A DNA stretch of 61,114 nt, filler included, from a candidate division TA06 bacterium SM23_40 (GTDB lineage: Bacteria; LJUI01; SM1-40): assembly GCA_001303705.1 (NCBI GenBank). It is 4 parts of 4 records of this genome, joined end to end, with 100 filler letters (N's around TTAATTAATTAA, not from the genome) between each part and the next. Parts side by side here need not be neighbours in the genome. Positions count along the whole stretch, not along the records: positions 18,374 to 32,692 come from LJUI01000057.1; positions 32,793 to 46,917 come from LJUI01000058.1; 2 more parts are not named here. One strand, given 5' to 3'. The position numbers were made by a program, and so were the translations under genes. Of the stretch, positions 29,125-38,449 are shown in pieces (within the stretch, counting starts at the first letter, position 1; each line of letters starts with the position of its first letter). A model generated the notes under the pieces. That model was given only the letters and a program-made list of their open reading frames with translations. It made no database searches and had not been told where the DNA came from.

Positions 29125-30393
29125 CTATCCGGCGGCGAAGAGGCCGACGAAGCGTGGCCACCCAAAGGTCGTGAAGATCATGCCCACAATGATGAGGGTA
29201 GCGATGAGGAGCTTGGCCAGATCCTGTCCCTTCAGGCTTCCGAGCTGAAGCGGCTCGCGCGACAGATAGGCGCTGGCCGCGTACAATTCTTCTCCGATGA
29301 GTGTGTAGTCGCACGCAGCGATGAAAAACGGGAGCTGGGCGACTGCGTCGGTGCCGGCGATCTGTATCGCACCGATGCCCGCCCCCGTCTCGGCCAGAAT
29401 GAGCGACTCGGCCCAGAACATCCCGAGGAAGAAGTTGGTCGCCGGCCGATCCCGCAGCATAATGCCGTCGACCGCTGCCACATATCCGAACTGACTGAAG
29501 GTGACGTAGTAGATGTCGTCCTCACGGTAGGCATCCGGATGTCCCATATCCGTGTAGGCCTCGCGGACGATCTCCTGGCAGACAGGCATCACCACTGGAT
29601 TTCGATTGGGGATGACGATCCGGGTCTCATACTCGGCAGCCTTCCGCGCAACCCGGCTCAGGATGTTGAGCGAAGCGATCGTCGCCACGTCCTGGATCAC
29701 GCTCAGGCCGGGCACATAGAGGATCGGCTTCCCCATCTCCGTCGCCCGCCCGATCGCCTCGTCCACGGCCTCCAACCCCGCGATCCTGCGGACATAGAGT
29801 TCCTTGCCCCCCTTTGCCTGCTGGATGAATAAGACGAGAAATGCGGTAAACAGGACGACCCCCACCAGGACATTCACTCTACCGCGGTGGAAGAGCTGGC
29901 CGCTCGACCTGACTGGCGCTGTCGGATCGGCGTCGGCGGTCAATCCGTCGTGCACGCGGACGACGTAGCTGTATTCGACCCCATCATACACTGAAGCGTC
30001 CTCGAACGCCGTCGTCCCCGCGACAACGCTCCCCACGGAGACGAGCGCAGGATCGAGCGATGAGCTCCGCAGTATCTCATATGTGACCGGACGCCTCTCT
30101 GCCTCTGCGGACGAAGGCGACCAGGTGACCGTAATACTCCCACCTGCGTCGTTCGGGGTATCAAATGCCCGTACATTGCTGGCCGGCTCAGGGGGAGCCA
30201 ATCCCTCGAGCACCGACTCTCCTATCTGGGCGCCGGCGAGAGAGAAAAGAAAGAGGCCGCCGATGGTGAGAAGGAGCAGTGCCGATACCGCTCCTCGACC
30301 GCCATCAGACGGCCCTCGTGACATCTCCCCCGCTTCCGTACAGACAGGGGTCCCTCCAGAATTGCTGTCCACGCCTTCTCGTTGTCGAATCAT
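29125..30393 (-). CDS. Cassette gene A1: FN3 plus DUF6754-like
   Basis: FDTPNDAGGSITVTW FN3, a TM, then the conserved C-terminal domain. Start uncertain (30324 or 30393). Confidence 0.87.
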   Translation of the reverse strand: MIRQREGVDSNSGGTPVCTEAGEMSRGPSDGGRGAVSALLLLTIGGLFLFSLAGAQIGESVLEGLAPPEPASNVRAFDTPNDAGGSITVTWSPSSAEAERRPVTYEILRSSSLDPALVSVGSVVAGTTAFEDASVYDGVEYSYVVRVHDGLTADADPTAPVRSSGQLFHRGRVNVLVGVVLFTAFLVLFIQQAKGGKELYVRRIAGLEAVDEAIGRATEMGKPILYVPGLSVIQDVATIASLNILSRVARKAAEYETRIVIPNRNPVVMPVCQEIVREAYTDMGHPDAYREDDIYYVTFSQFGYVAAVDGIMLRDRPATNFFLGMFWAESLILAETGAGIGAIQIAGTDAVAQLPFFIAACDYTLIGEELYAASAYLSREPLQLGSLKGQDLAKLLIATLIIVGMIFTTFGWPRFVGLFAAG

Positions 30394-30468
30394 AGTTGCG
30401 TGTGTCTAGCCCGGATACTCTCCTCCTCTGATGACAGTGGCCGGGGAGGCCGAACACAAGGCCTCACT

Positions 30469-30497
30469 CCTATACCACACCCCCACTCCACCGTCAA
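30469..30497 (-). promoter_or_regulatory. Candidate sigma70 promoter at the head of the cassette array
   Basis: Minus strand TTGACG, 17-bp spacer ending TGG, then TATAGG (imperfect -10 with TG extension). Confidence 0.5.
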
Positions 30498-30522
30498 GCG
30501 AAAAATCCCGCGCCGACGAAGA

Positions 30523-30700
30523 TAACCTTCAGCACCTGACAACGTCCCTGACTGCCGGACCCTCGCAGAATGGTCCTCAGAGGAGAACAGGTGTTGGTAA
30601 CCTTCAAAACCCAGATACGTGCCCGGAGTAACCTACAGAACCTACCAACGTCCCCCGGGTGACGGGGTAACCTTCTGAACCTACCAACGTCCCCGGGTGA
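30523..30700. repeat. Cluster of ~28-bp GTAACCTTCTGAACCTACCAACGTCCCC-type repeats
   Basis: Good copies at 30628 and 30667; degenerate copies at 30523 and 30597. Confidence 0.85.
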
Positions 30701-32170
30701 TTAGCGCAGAAGAGCCATGCGCTTCGTGTCGGTGAACTCGCCTGTCTCGAGGCGGCAGAAGTAGATACCGCTCGCCACCTTCCGTCCTCGCTGGTCCCGT
30801 CCGTCCCACACAACGCTGTGGAAGCCGGCGGGAACCGTCTCCTGCGCCAGAGTGCGCACCAGAGCGCCCCGGATGTCATAGACCGCCACTTTCACCGGAG
30901 TCCCGGCGCTCAGCGAGTAGCAGATCGTCGTGGAGGAACCGAACGGGTTGGGACGGTTCTGCGCGAGATACTGTGCCACCGCGGGCAGCTCATCCTCACC
31001 TTCGGAAACGCCGACCATGCCATCGGCGTCGGTCTTGATCAGATAGACATCATCCTCGACATCGCCCGGGGGCCAGGTGTATCCGACGACGATGTATCCC
31101 CCATCGAGAGTCTGAGCGACCGAATATCCTCCATCCCACGCCAGGCCGGCGTACGCACGCGTCCACAGCGTATCGCCCGCTGAGTCGGTCCTAATCAGGT
31201 AGAGGTCCTCGATGCCCGTGGGGAAGGGCTCGCCGTATCCGGTGATAATGTATCCTCCGTCGTTTGTCTGTGCGACCGAATAGCCTCCATCTGCATACGG
31301 GCCGCCATACGTACGCGTCCAGATTGTATCGCCGACACCGTCGGTTTTAACCAGATAGACATCCCTATCGCCGGCTCCATACGACTCGGTCTCTCCGACG
31401 ATGATATATCCCCCATCGCTCGTCTGGGCGACCGAGAAGCCCCCCTCGTAGTTTGGGCCGCCATAGGTGCGCGTCCACATGGTATCGCCAAGGGAGTCAG
31501 TCTTGATCACATAGATGTCCCAGGACCCCGCGCCGAAGGTCGTCGTGCCCCCGGCCACGATGTATCCTTCATCGAGAGTTTGCGCGACCGACTCGCCAGA
31601 GTCGTAACTGGAACCGCCGTACGTGCGCGTCCAGACCGTATCGCCATTCGCGTCAACCTTGATCAGGACTACGTCGCTAAGTTCTGCGCCGTAGGATTCG
31701 GTGTACCCCGTGACGACGAATCCGCCATCGAGCGTCGGCGCGACCGACCTGCCCGTCTCCGTCTGCGGGCCGCCGTACGGGCGTGTCCACACCGTGTGGC
31801 CATCGGCATCCGTCCTGACCAGGTATATATCGGTCTGGCCCTCACCGAAAGACGTTGTGTTACCAGCGATGATATATCCCCCATCGAGCGTCAGGGCAAC
31901 CGACCTGCCTCCATCGGTCTGGGGGCCGCCAAAAGTCGTCGACCATGATGTGGACCCCCATGCATCAGTCTTGATCAGCCAGAGGTCCGACTGGCCGGCC
32001 CCGTAGGACCGAGTCGTTCCGGCGACGATATATCCCCCGTCGGGCGTCTGGGCGACCGACCGGCCCAGATCACTGGAGGCGCCACCATAGGTGCGCTCGA
32101 ACGTGATCTGAGCAGCGGCGGTCAACGGCACCAGCAGAGCGAGCACGAACGCCAAGGTTCTCATAGCCAT
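30701..32170 (-). CDS. Secreted beta-propeller repeat protein with a FlgD-like C-terminal domain
   Basis: Paralog of 14856..16886 lacking the two Ig modules; signal peptide ending LTAAAQ. Confidence 0.85.
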   Translation of the reverse strand: MAMRTLAFVLALLVPLTAAAQITFERTYGGASSDLGRSVAQTPDGGYIVAGTTRSYGAGQSDLWLIKTDAWGSTSWSTTFGGPQTDGGRSVALTLDGGYIIAGNTTSFGEGQTDIYLVRTDADGHTVWTRPYGGPQTETGRSVAPTLDGGFVVTGYTESYGAELSDVVLIKVDANGDTVWTRTYGGSSYDSGESVAQTLDEGYIVAGGTTTFGAGSWDIYVIKTDSLGDTMWTRTYGGPNYEGGFSVAQTSDGGYIIVGETESYGAGDRDVYLVKTDGVGDTIWTRTYGGPYADGGYSVAQTNDGGYIITGYGEPFPTGIEDLYLIRTDSAGDTLWTRAYAGLAWDGGYSVAQTLDGGYIVVGYTWPPGDVEDDVYLIKTDADGMVGVSEGEDELPAVAQYLAQNRPNPFGSSTTICYSLSAGTPVKVAVYDIRGALVRTLAQETVPAGFHSVVWDGRDQRGRKVASGIYFCRLETGEFTDTKRMALLR

Positions 32171-32485
32171 CTCCTCTCTCGGTTAGGCCTCTCATCCACG
32201 GATTCGCTTCTCGCACCGACTACAGTCTCATACCTCTCCTGCTCACATCCGATCACGACACTACCATCATTGCATATCGCTGAGCGGGCTTACCTCCCTT
32301 CGTGTGACATATGTGGACGCCGCTGCACTCTCCCCTCAACATCAGCACTCCACCGCTATTGCACGAATACCCGATAGCATATAGATAGCAGATTTCGCTC
32401 CAATTGTCCACGAATTTCTTGGGGCAATAGAACCGTGCGCCTCAACTCGGGCAACTCGGCAGAATCGTACTCCCCGACAGTCTCA

Positions 32486-32692
32486 GTCAGTCGCCCCCAC
32501 TTCCACCATGATCGACCGGAGTATCTCTGCCGCGAGAACAGCATCGAGCACTTGCGGCTGTTCAAGCACAACGGCGTCAGCAGCACCTTCACTCCCCCAC
32601 ACCACGACAGGAACATTGAGCGCTCCGCTCGCCACGAGCTCTCGTCCCTTGCGAAGGAAGATGCTCTCACCGCTCCCGGCACCGGTCAGGTC
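32486..32692 (-). CDS. Possible 3' end of an unknown gene cut by the contig end
   Basis: Hand translation DLTGAGSGESIFLRKGRELV..EILRSIMVEVGATD* is open from the gap. No family recognised. Confidence 0.35.
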
Positions 32693-32792
32693 NNNNNNNN
32701 NNNNNNNNNNNNNNNNNNNNNNNNNNNNNNNNNNNNTTAATTAATTAANNNNNNNNNNNNNNNNNNNNNNNNNNNNNNNNNNNNNNNNNNNN
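32693..32792. other. Artificial contig spacer
   Basis: N44-TTAATTAATTAA-N44. Confidence 0.97.
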
Positions 32793-32809
32793 GGCGAAGA
32801 AAGTGGAGT

Positions 32810-34321
32810 GTGATGGCCAAGCTCTCAGAGTGGCTGAAGGGTCTGGAGCCGGTCTCGGTCGTGGGAAGCACCGCGATCGATGTCTCCGGTATCGCCTATG
32901 ACTCACGGACGGTAAAGAAGGGCGATCTGTTCGTCTGCATCAAGGGCTTCAGCGACGATGGGCACCGTTATCTCGATGACGCGAGGCAGGCCGGTGCCGT
33001 TGCCGCCGTCGTCGAGGAGGAAGTGGAGGCACCCGATTCGTTTACCGTTGTTCACGTTCCCAATTCCCGGAGGGCGCTCGCGCTCATCTCCGACAAGTAC
33101 TGTGATCGCCCCTCACGCAAGCTTGCCGTCATCGGCATCACGGGCACGAACGGCAAGACAACCACCTCATATCTGACGCGCGCAGTGCTCGCGGCCGCAG
33201 GAGAACGCACGGGGCTAATAGGAACCGTCCGCCACTGGATCGGTGAACGTGCGATCGTTCCTGTTCACACAACTCCCGAGTCGCTCGACCTTCAGGAGCT
33301 GCTCGCGTCGATGGTTAGGGAGAATATTTCGAGCGTAGTGATGGAGGTCTCGTCCCACGCCCTTGCGCTCGACCGCGTCGTCGGGGTCGAATTCGATGCT
33401 GCCTTGTTCACGAATATCTCGCGCGATCACCTCGATTTCCACCGGACCTATGACGCCTATCGGGCGGCTAAGGCGCATCTGTTCACGCTGCTAGCCGTGT
33501 CGGCGAAGGAGTCGAAATTCGCTGTCTTCAACTTCGACGATCCAGTAGGACGCGAATTGGCAGATGCGTGGGACGGCGATGCGCTTGTCTACGGGCTCGA
33601 TCCAGAGGCCGACGTGAGGGCGAGCGCTCTAGAGACTTCCCTCAATAGGACAGGCTTCAGCGTAACCTTTGCAGGAGAGGAACGACGCGTGACGATTCCT
33701 CTCGGGGGGAAACACAACGTTCACAATGCACTTGGAGCATACGCAGTCGGGCTCGGGCTCGGTTTCGACAGAGGCACGATAGAGGATGGGCTCACTGCCG
33801 TGGGTCAGGTCCCCGGGCGGTTCGAGCTCGTCGTCGATGCGGATCCGTTCTCGGTCATCGTAGACTATGCGCATACGCCCGACGCGCTCCGGTTCGTTCT
33901 CAGCAGCGTGAAGGAGCTCACGTCGGGGAGGCTCATCGCCGTCTTCGGCTGTGGCGGGGACAGAGATCGCGGGAAACGGCCCCTGATGGGCGAGATTGCC
34001 GCCTCGATTGCCGACTATACGATCGTCACATCCGACAATCCACGTTCCGAGGATCCGGTCGCAATCATCGATGAGATCCTTGACGGCATCGATCGCGATC
34101 GGACGCCGGTCGGTGTTGAGCCGGACCGCCGCGCCGCAATCGAGCAGGCTCTCTCGGCGGCCAGGGCAGGAGATAGCGTCGTCATCGCGGGGAAGGGACA
34201 CGAGGACTATCAGATCCTCGGCTCGAGGCGCATCCACTTTGATGATCGCGAGACCGTCCGGGAACTACTGGGGGCGGGTTCAGGGTCGTCTGCCCCGGTG
34301 GCGGACTCTGCACGATTCTGA
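32810..34321 (+). CDS. murE: UDP-MurNAc-tripeptide synthetase, probably meso-DAP type
   Basis: GITGTNGKTT; HTTPES; MEVSSH; DYAHTPD; FGCGGDRD; DNPR; AGKGHE. Confidence 0.96.
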   Translation: MMAKLSEWLKGLEPVSVVGSTAIDVSGIAYDSRTVKKGDLFVCIKGFSDDGHRYLDDARQAGAVAAVVEEEVEAPDSFTVVHVPNSRRALALISDKYCDRPSRKLAVIGITGTNGKTTTSYLTRAVLAAAGERTGLIGTVRHWIGERAIVPVHTTPESLDLQELLASMVRENISSVVMEVSSHALALDRVVGVEFDAALFTNISRDHLDFHRTYDAYRAAKAHLFTLLAVSAKESKFAVFNFDDPVGRELADAWDGDALVYGLDPEADVRASALETSLNRTGFSVTFAGEERRVTIPLGGKHNVHNALGAYAVGLGLGFDRGTIEDGLTAVGQVPGRFELVVDADPFSVIVDYAHTPDALRFVLSSVKELTSGRLIAVFGCGGDRDRGKRPLMGEIAASIADYTIVTSDNPRSEDPVAIIDEILDGIDRDRTPVGVEPDRRAAIEQALSAARAGDSVVIAGKGHEDYQILGSRRIHFDDRETVRELLGAGSGSSAPVADSARF

Positions 34322-34357
34322 ACTGCGTTCCTGAGAGAAGAAGGGCACGGATAGTCT

Positions 34358-35809
34358 ATGGCAGAGACGGGGAGGCAGGTGCTACCGCTGGGCGAGGTTC
34401 TTTCGGCGACCGGAGGCGAGCTCGTTGCCGGAAGCGACTCCGTGGCGTTCTCAGGAGTCTCTACTGACTCCCGGACTGCAAAAGCAGATGATCTCTTCTT
34501 CGCCATCAGAGGCCCGCGCTTCGACGGCCACCAGTTCGTCAGCGAAGCGGCACGTGCAGGGGCCATCGGCGCAGTCATCTCCGATGTCGGTGCACTCGAG
34601 AAGAGTATCTCTTCTGCCGCTGCGTTTGTGGTCGTGCGCGTGGCGGATACCGTGAGAGCGCTGGGGGATCTGGCCGCACACTACCGACGTCAGTTCTCAT
34701 TGCTTACTGTCGGAGTGACGGGCACCAACGGGAAGACGACGACGAAGGAGATGATCGCGGCGGCCATGGGCGTGAAATTCAATACACTGAGGAATGAGGG
34801 CAACTTCAATAACCTGATCGGCGTGCCGTTGACCCTGTTCAGGCTCTCGCCCGACCATACGGCGCTCGTTGTGGAACTGGGAATGAGCGCGATCGGCGAG
34901 ATCACGAGACTTTCGGAGATCAGTCTTCCCGAGATAGGCGTTGTGACAAACATCGGACCGGCCCACCTGGAATCGATGGGCGATGTGGACCGAGTCGCCG
35001 AAGCGAAAGCCGAACTGCTCCACTCCCTTCCCGACGATGGGTTTGCGCTGATCAATGCCGACGATCCTCGGGTCGTCTCGATTGCCGGGAGCTGGGGTGG
35101 GCGAACGATCACGTACGGAATCAAGACCCAGGCGGATACCAGAGGCGAAGCGATATCATCTGCTCAGGGCTCCACGCGCTTCCGCCTGACGGGGAGTGGT
35201 GAGACCGTCGGGGTGCAGACGATCGGGAATGGTGGCGTGTACGGAGCTCTGGCCGCGCTCGCGTTGGCGAGGGAACTCGGGCTGCCCTTCGATGAATCGA
35301 TCGCGGCGATTGAAGCCGTTCCCCCCACTCCGATGCGGATGGAGTGGATTGACCTCGGCGGCGTCTTCCTCATCAATGACGCGTACAATGCGAATCCGGC
35401 CTCGGTCGCAGCCGCCGTGGAGGTGCTGTCTGATCTCCCCGCGCGGAGGCGGATCGCGGTACTGGGCGACATGCTCGAACTCGGAGAAGATACGGCTCGA
35501 TGGCATCGGATGGTAGGTGAGACGTTGGTTCGCCACCGGTGCGACATGCTCATCGCGGTGGGCGAGGCGAGTCGCCATTTCGTCGAGGGGGCGAATGCGG
35601 CGGGGATGGACGCAGCGAAGACCTTCTGGTCCTCTGAGGTGGGCGGCGCGACAGGTCTACTCTGCGAGCTCCTGCAGCAGGGTGATCTCGTCCTCGTGAA
35701 GGGATCGCGGGCGATGGGGATGGAGCGGGTCGTCGAAGGAGTGCGCAGAACCTATCTGCCCGGCCGGGCGTCGGGCAGAAACTGCCAGGCGCTCGCCGGG
35801 GACAGGTGA
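34358..35809 (+). CDS. murF: UDP-MurNAc-tripeptide--D-Ala-D-Ala ligase
   Basis: GKTTTKE; NFNNLIGVPLTL; DAYNANP; LGDMLELG; VKGSR. Confidence 0.96.
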   Translation: MAETGRQVLPLGEVLSATGGELVAGSDSVAFSGVSTDSRTAKADDLFFAIRGPRFDGHQFVSEAARAGAIGAVISDVGALEKSISSAAAFVVVRVADTVRALGDLAAHYRRQFSLLTVGVTGTNGKTTTKEMIAAAMGVKFNTLRNEGNFNNLIGVPLTLFRLSPDHTALVVELGMSAIGEITRLSEISLPEIGVVTNIGPAHLESMGDVDRVAEAKAELLHSLPDDGFALINADDPRVVSIAGSWGGRTITYGIKTQADTRGEAISSAQGSTRFRLTGSGETVGVQTIGNGGVYGALAALALARELGLPFDESIAAIEAVPPTPMRMEWIDLGGVFLINDAYNANPASVAAAVEVLSDLPARRRIAVLGDMLELGEDTARWHRMVGETLVRHRCDMLIAVGEASRHFVEGANAAGMDAAKTFWSSEVGGATGLLCELLQQGDLVLVKGSRAMGMERVVEGVRRTYLPGRASGRNCQALAGDR

Positions 35810-35816
35810 GGAGAGA

Positions 35817-36899
35817 ATGCTCTACCATCTGCTCATTCCGCTGAAGGTCCACTTCACGGTCTTCAATCTCTTCCGGTACATCACGTTCCGGGCGGCTTAC
35901 GCCGCGGTGACGGCACTCGTCCTCTCTTTCATACTGGGCCCTGTTGTAATCAGGTTTCTCAAGAATCGGAAGGTGAACGAGACGATCTACGAGGAGGCCC
36001 CCGAGCGACATGTCGCTAAGGGCGGGACCCCGACCATGGGTGGACTGCTCATCCTTGCGGCGATTCTCATCCCAACCCTCCTGTGGGCCGATCTGACGAA
36101 TAGATTCGTCCACATCGCCATCTTCGCAACCGTCTGGTTGGGGGTCCTGGGGTTCGTCGATGATTACAGGAAACTGCGCGGCCACCGACGTGGAATACCG
36201 AAGCACATAAAACTCTTCTGGCAGACTCTCCTGGGCATCGTGATCGGGATGTATCTCATGTTCTATCCCTTCAGTCCTGAGACAGCGACGAGCACGAGTC
36301 TTCTCTTCTTCAAAAATACCTTTCTCCCGCTCGGCTATTTCTACATCGTCTTTGTCGCTCTCGTCATCGTCGGGACGTCGAACGCGGTGAATCTTACCGA
36401 CGGCCTCGATGGACTCGCCACCGGGATACTGCTCTTCGCGGCGGCAGCCTACGCGACGATGAGCTACGTCACCGGCCACGTCAAGATCGCCGAATATCTC
36501 AATATACTCTTTCTCAACGGAAGCGGCGAGCTCGCTATCTTTTGCGCCGCCATGGTGGGTGCGGCGCTCGGCTTTCTCTGGTTCAATGCGCACCCGGCGC
36601 AGGTGTTTATGGGGGACACCGGATCGCTCGCCCTCGGGGGGGCGATCGGGACGGTGGCGGTGCTCATAAAGCAGGAGATCCTGCTTCTCATCGTCGGCGG
36701 GGTTTTCGTGATCGAGGCCGGATCAGTAATCCTCCAGGTGGTAGCATACCGCTGGAAGGGGAAGCGCCTGTTCAAGATGGCTCCACTCCACCACCACTTC
36801 GAGATGCTCGGCTGGTCCGAATCGAAGATCGTCGTCCGCTTCTGGATACTGGCAGCGATCTTTGCCCTCATTGCTCTGTCGACGCTCAAGATCCGGTAG
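35817..36899 (+). CDS. mraY: Phospho-MurNAc-pentapeptide transferase
   Basis: KGGTPTMGG; NAVNLTDGLDGL; FMGDTGS; MAPLHHHFE. Confidence 0.97.
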   Translation: MLYHLLIPLKVHFTVFNLFRYITFRAAYAAVTALVLSFILGPVVIRFLKNRKVNETIYEEAPERHVAKGGTPTMGGLLILAAILIPTLLWADLTNRFVHIAIFATVWLGVLGFVDDYRKLRGHRRGIPKHIKLFWQTLLGIVIGMYLMFYPFSPETATSTSLLFFKNTFLPLGYFYIVFVALVIVGTSNAVNLTDGLDGLATGILLFAAAAYATMSYVTGHVKIAEYLNILFLNGSGELAIFCAAMVGAALGFLWFNAHPAQVFMGDTGSLALGGAIGTVAVLIKQEILLLIVGGVFVIEAGSVILQVVAYRWKGKRLFKMAPLHHHFEMLGWSESKIVVRFWILAAIFALIALSTLKIR

Positions 36900-37054
36900 C
36901 GGCTCCGTCGCCCGTGAGGCGGCGGGGAGGGGTTCCGGCAGAACGGCGTACGCTGGGATCGGTTGCGCGCGTGGGAGGAGCGGTGATGGCTATGTGCGGT
37001 GCGAAGCGGGGTGAGATGACGGCTCGCGCGGGTTGCGGGGAGGGCGAGCGCGCC

Positions 37055-38449
37055 GTGGACCCCCAGATCGATCGTCAATGGCTGCGCGGCAGGAGGATTC
37101 TTGTGATCGGCCTGGCGCGGAGCGGCATCGCCGCCTGCCGTGTGCTCGCAGGCCTCGGCAGCGACGTCACCGGAAACGATCAGAAGGGCCGCGGCGACCT
37201 CGACTCCGCCGCACTCGATGAGATCGAGGCGAAGGATGTACGCCTCGTCCTGGGATCCCACGATCCGGGTCTTGTCCACGGGATCGATCTCGTCGTTCTC
37301 AGCCCCGGGGTCGATCCGCGACTCGCGCTGCTCGAGGAAGCGCGGCGGATCTCCATTCCGGTCATCGGTGAGCTCGAGCTCGGCTATCTCCTGGCGCATG
37401 CGCCGATCGTGGCGGTGACGGGAAGCAACGGAAAATCGACCGTGACCGCGCTTCTCGGCGAGATCCTCGAGGCCGCAGGACGTGAGGTGGTGGTGGCGGG
37501 GAACATCGGATGCCCGCTCGTCGGCGAAGTTCATCGCGCCTCCGAAGACGGGGTCATAGTCTGCGAGGTATCGAGTTTCCAGCTCGAGACGATTCGTCGC
37601 TTTCGGCCGCGTATCGCCATCATACTGAATCTTACTCCCGACCATCTCGACCGTCATGGATCCATGGTTGCCTATGTAGATGCCAAGGCCCGCATCTTCT
37701 CGAATCAGGGCGGCGAGGATGTTACGATTCTCAATGCCGACGACGAGCTGACGGCGAACCTCGCACCTCGCGTCCCCGCGCAGATCCTTACGTTCAGCGC
37801 GTCGCGCGAGCAGCAGGAAGGAGCGTTCGTGCGGGAGGGGACGATTATCGTCCGGAGGTCGGGCAGGGAACGGGTGCTCATGCCGAGCGAGTCGATACGA
37901 CTGGTCGGCCCGCACAACCTGCTCAACTCCCTGGCCTGTGTGGCGGCGAGTAGCGTGCTCGGTGTGGCTGACCTGGCGGTGCAGCAGACGCTCCAGTCGT
38001 TCCAGGGGCTTGAGCATCGTCTCGAATTCGTTCGGAAGCTGGGCGGTGTCTCCTACGTCAATGACTCTAAGGCGACCAACGTCGATGCCGTCCGCTCCGC
38101 GCTCGAGAGCTACGCCGGGTCGGTCGTACTGATTGCGGGAGGCAGGGCGAAGGGAGTAGATTTCCGTGAGCTGCGCCCCGAAGTGGCGGAACGCGTGAAG
38201 GCTCTCATTCTTCTCGGTGAGGCGCGCCAGGTGCTGCACGACGCGCTAGGCGATCTTGTGGAGACTCACGAAGTACGGACGATGGACGAGGCGGTCACCC
38301 TGGCCGCCCGTCTGGCCGAGCCGGGAGATACCGTTCTGCTCTCCCCGAGCTGCGCGAGCTTCGATCAATTCCGGGACTTCGAGGAACGCGGGCGAGCCTT
38401 TAAGCGGGCAGTGGCAAGACTCGCGCCGCCCGACAAGGACAGGCAATGA
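37055..38449 (+). CDS. murD: UDP-MurNAc-L-Ala--D-Glu ligase
   Basis: GLARSG; TGSNGKST; EVSSFQL; DHLDRH; NDSKATN; LSPSCASFDQF. GTG start inferred from the RBS. Confidence 0.95.
   Translation: MDPQIDRQWLRGRRILVIGLARSGIAACRVLAGLGSDVTGNDQKGRGDLDSAALDEIEAKDVRLVLGSHDPGLVHGIDLVVLSPGVDPRLALLEEARRISIPVIGELELGYLLAHAPIVAVTGSNGKSTVTALLGEILEAAGREVVVAGNIGCPLVGEVHRASEDGVIVCEVSSFQLETIRRFRPRIAIILNLTPDHLDRHGSMVAYVDAKARIFSNQGGEDVTILNADDELTANLAPRVPAQILTFSASREQQEGAFVREGTIIVRRSGRERVLMPSESIRLVGPHNLLNSLACVAASSVLGVADLAVQQTLQSFQGLEHRLEFVRKLGGVSYVNDSKATNVDAVRSALESYAGSVVLIAGGRAKGVDFRELRPEVAERVKALILLGEARQVLHDALGDLVETHEVRTMDEAVTLAARLAEPGDTVLLSPSCASFDQFRDFEERGRAFKRAVARLAPPDKDRQ

Noticed and set aside
30523..30700. Repeat clusters here and at 46514-46665 as CRISPR arrays
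   Set aside because: Spacers are irregular and mostly too short (3-16 bp between the best copies), repeats are degenerate, and there are no cas genes.
32356..32682. 108-aa minus-strand ORF from the track
   Set aside because: Composition is not protein-like; another frame ending at 32486 is more plausible.
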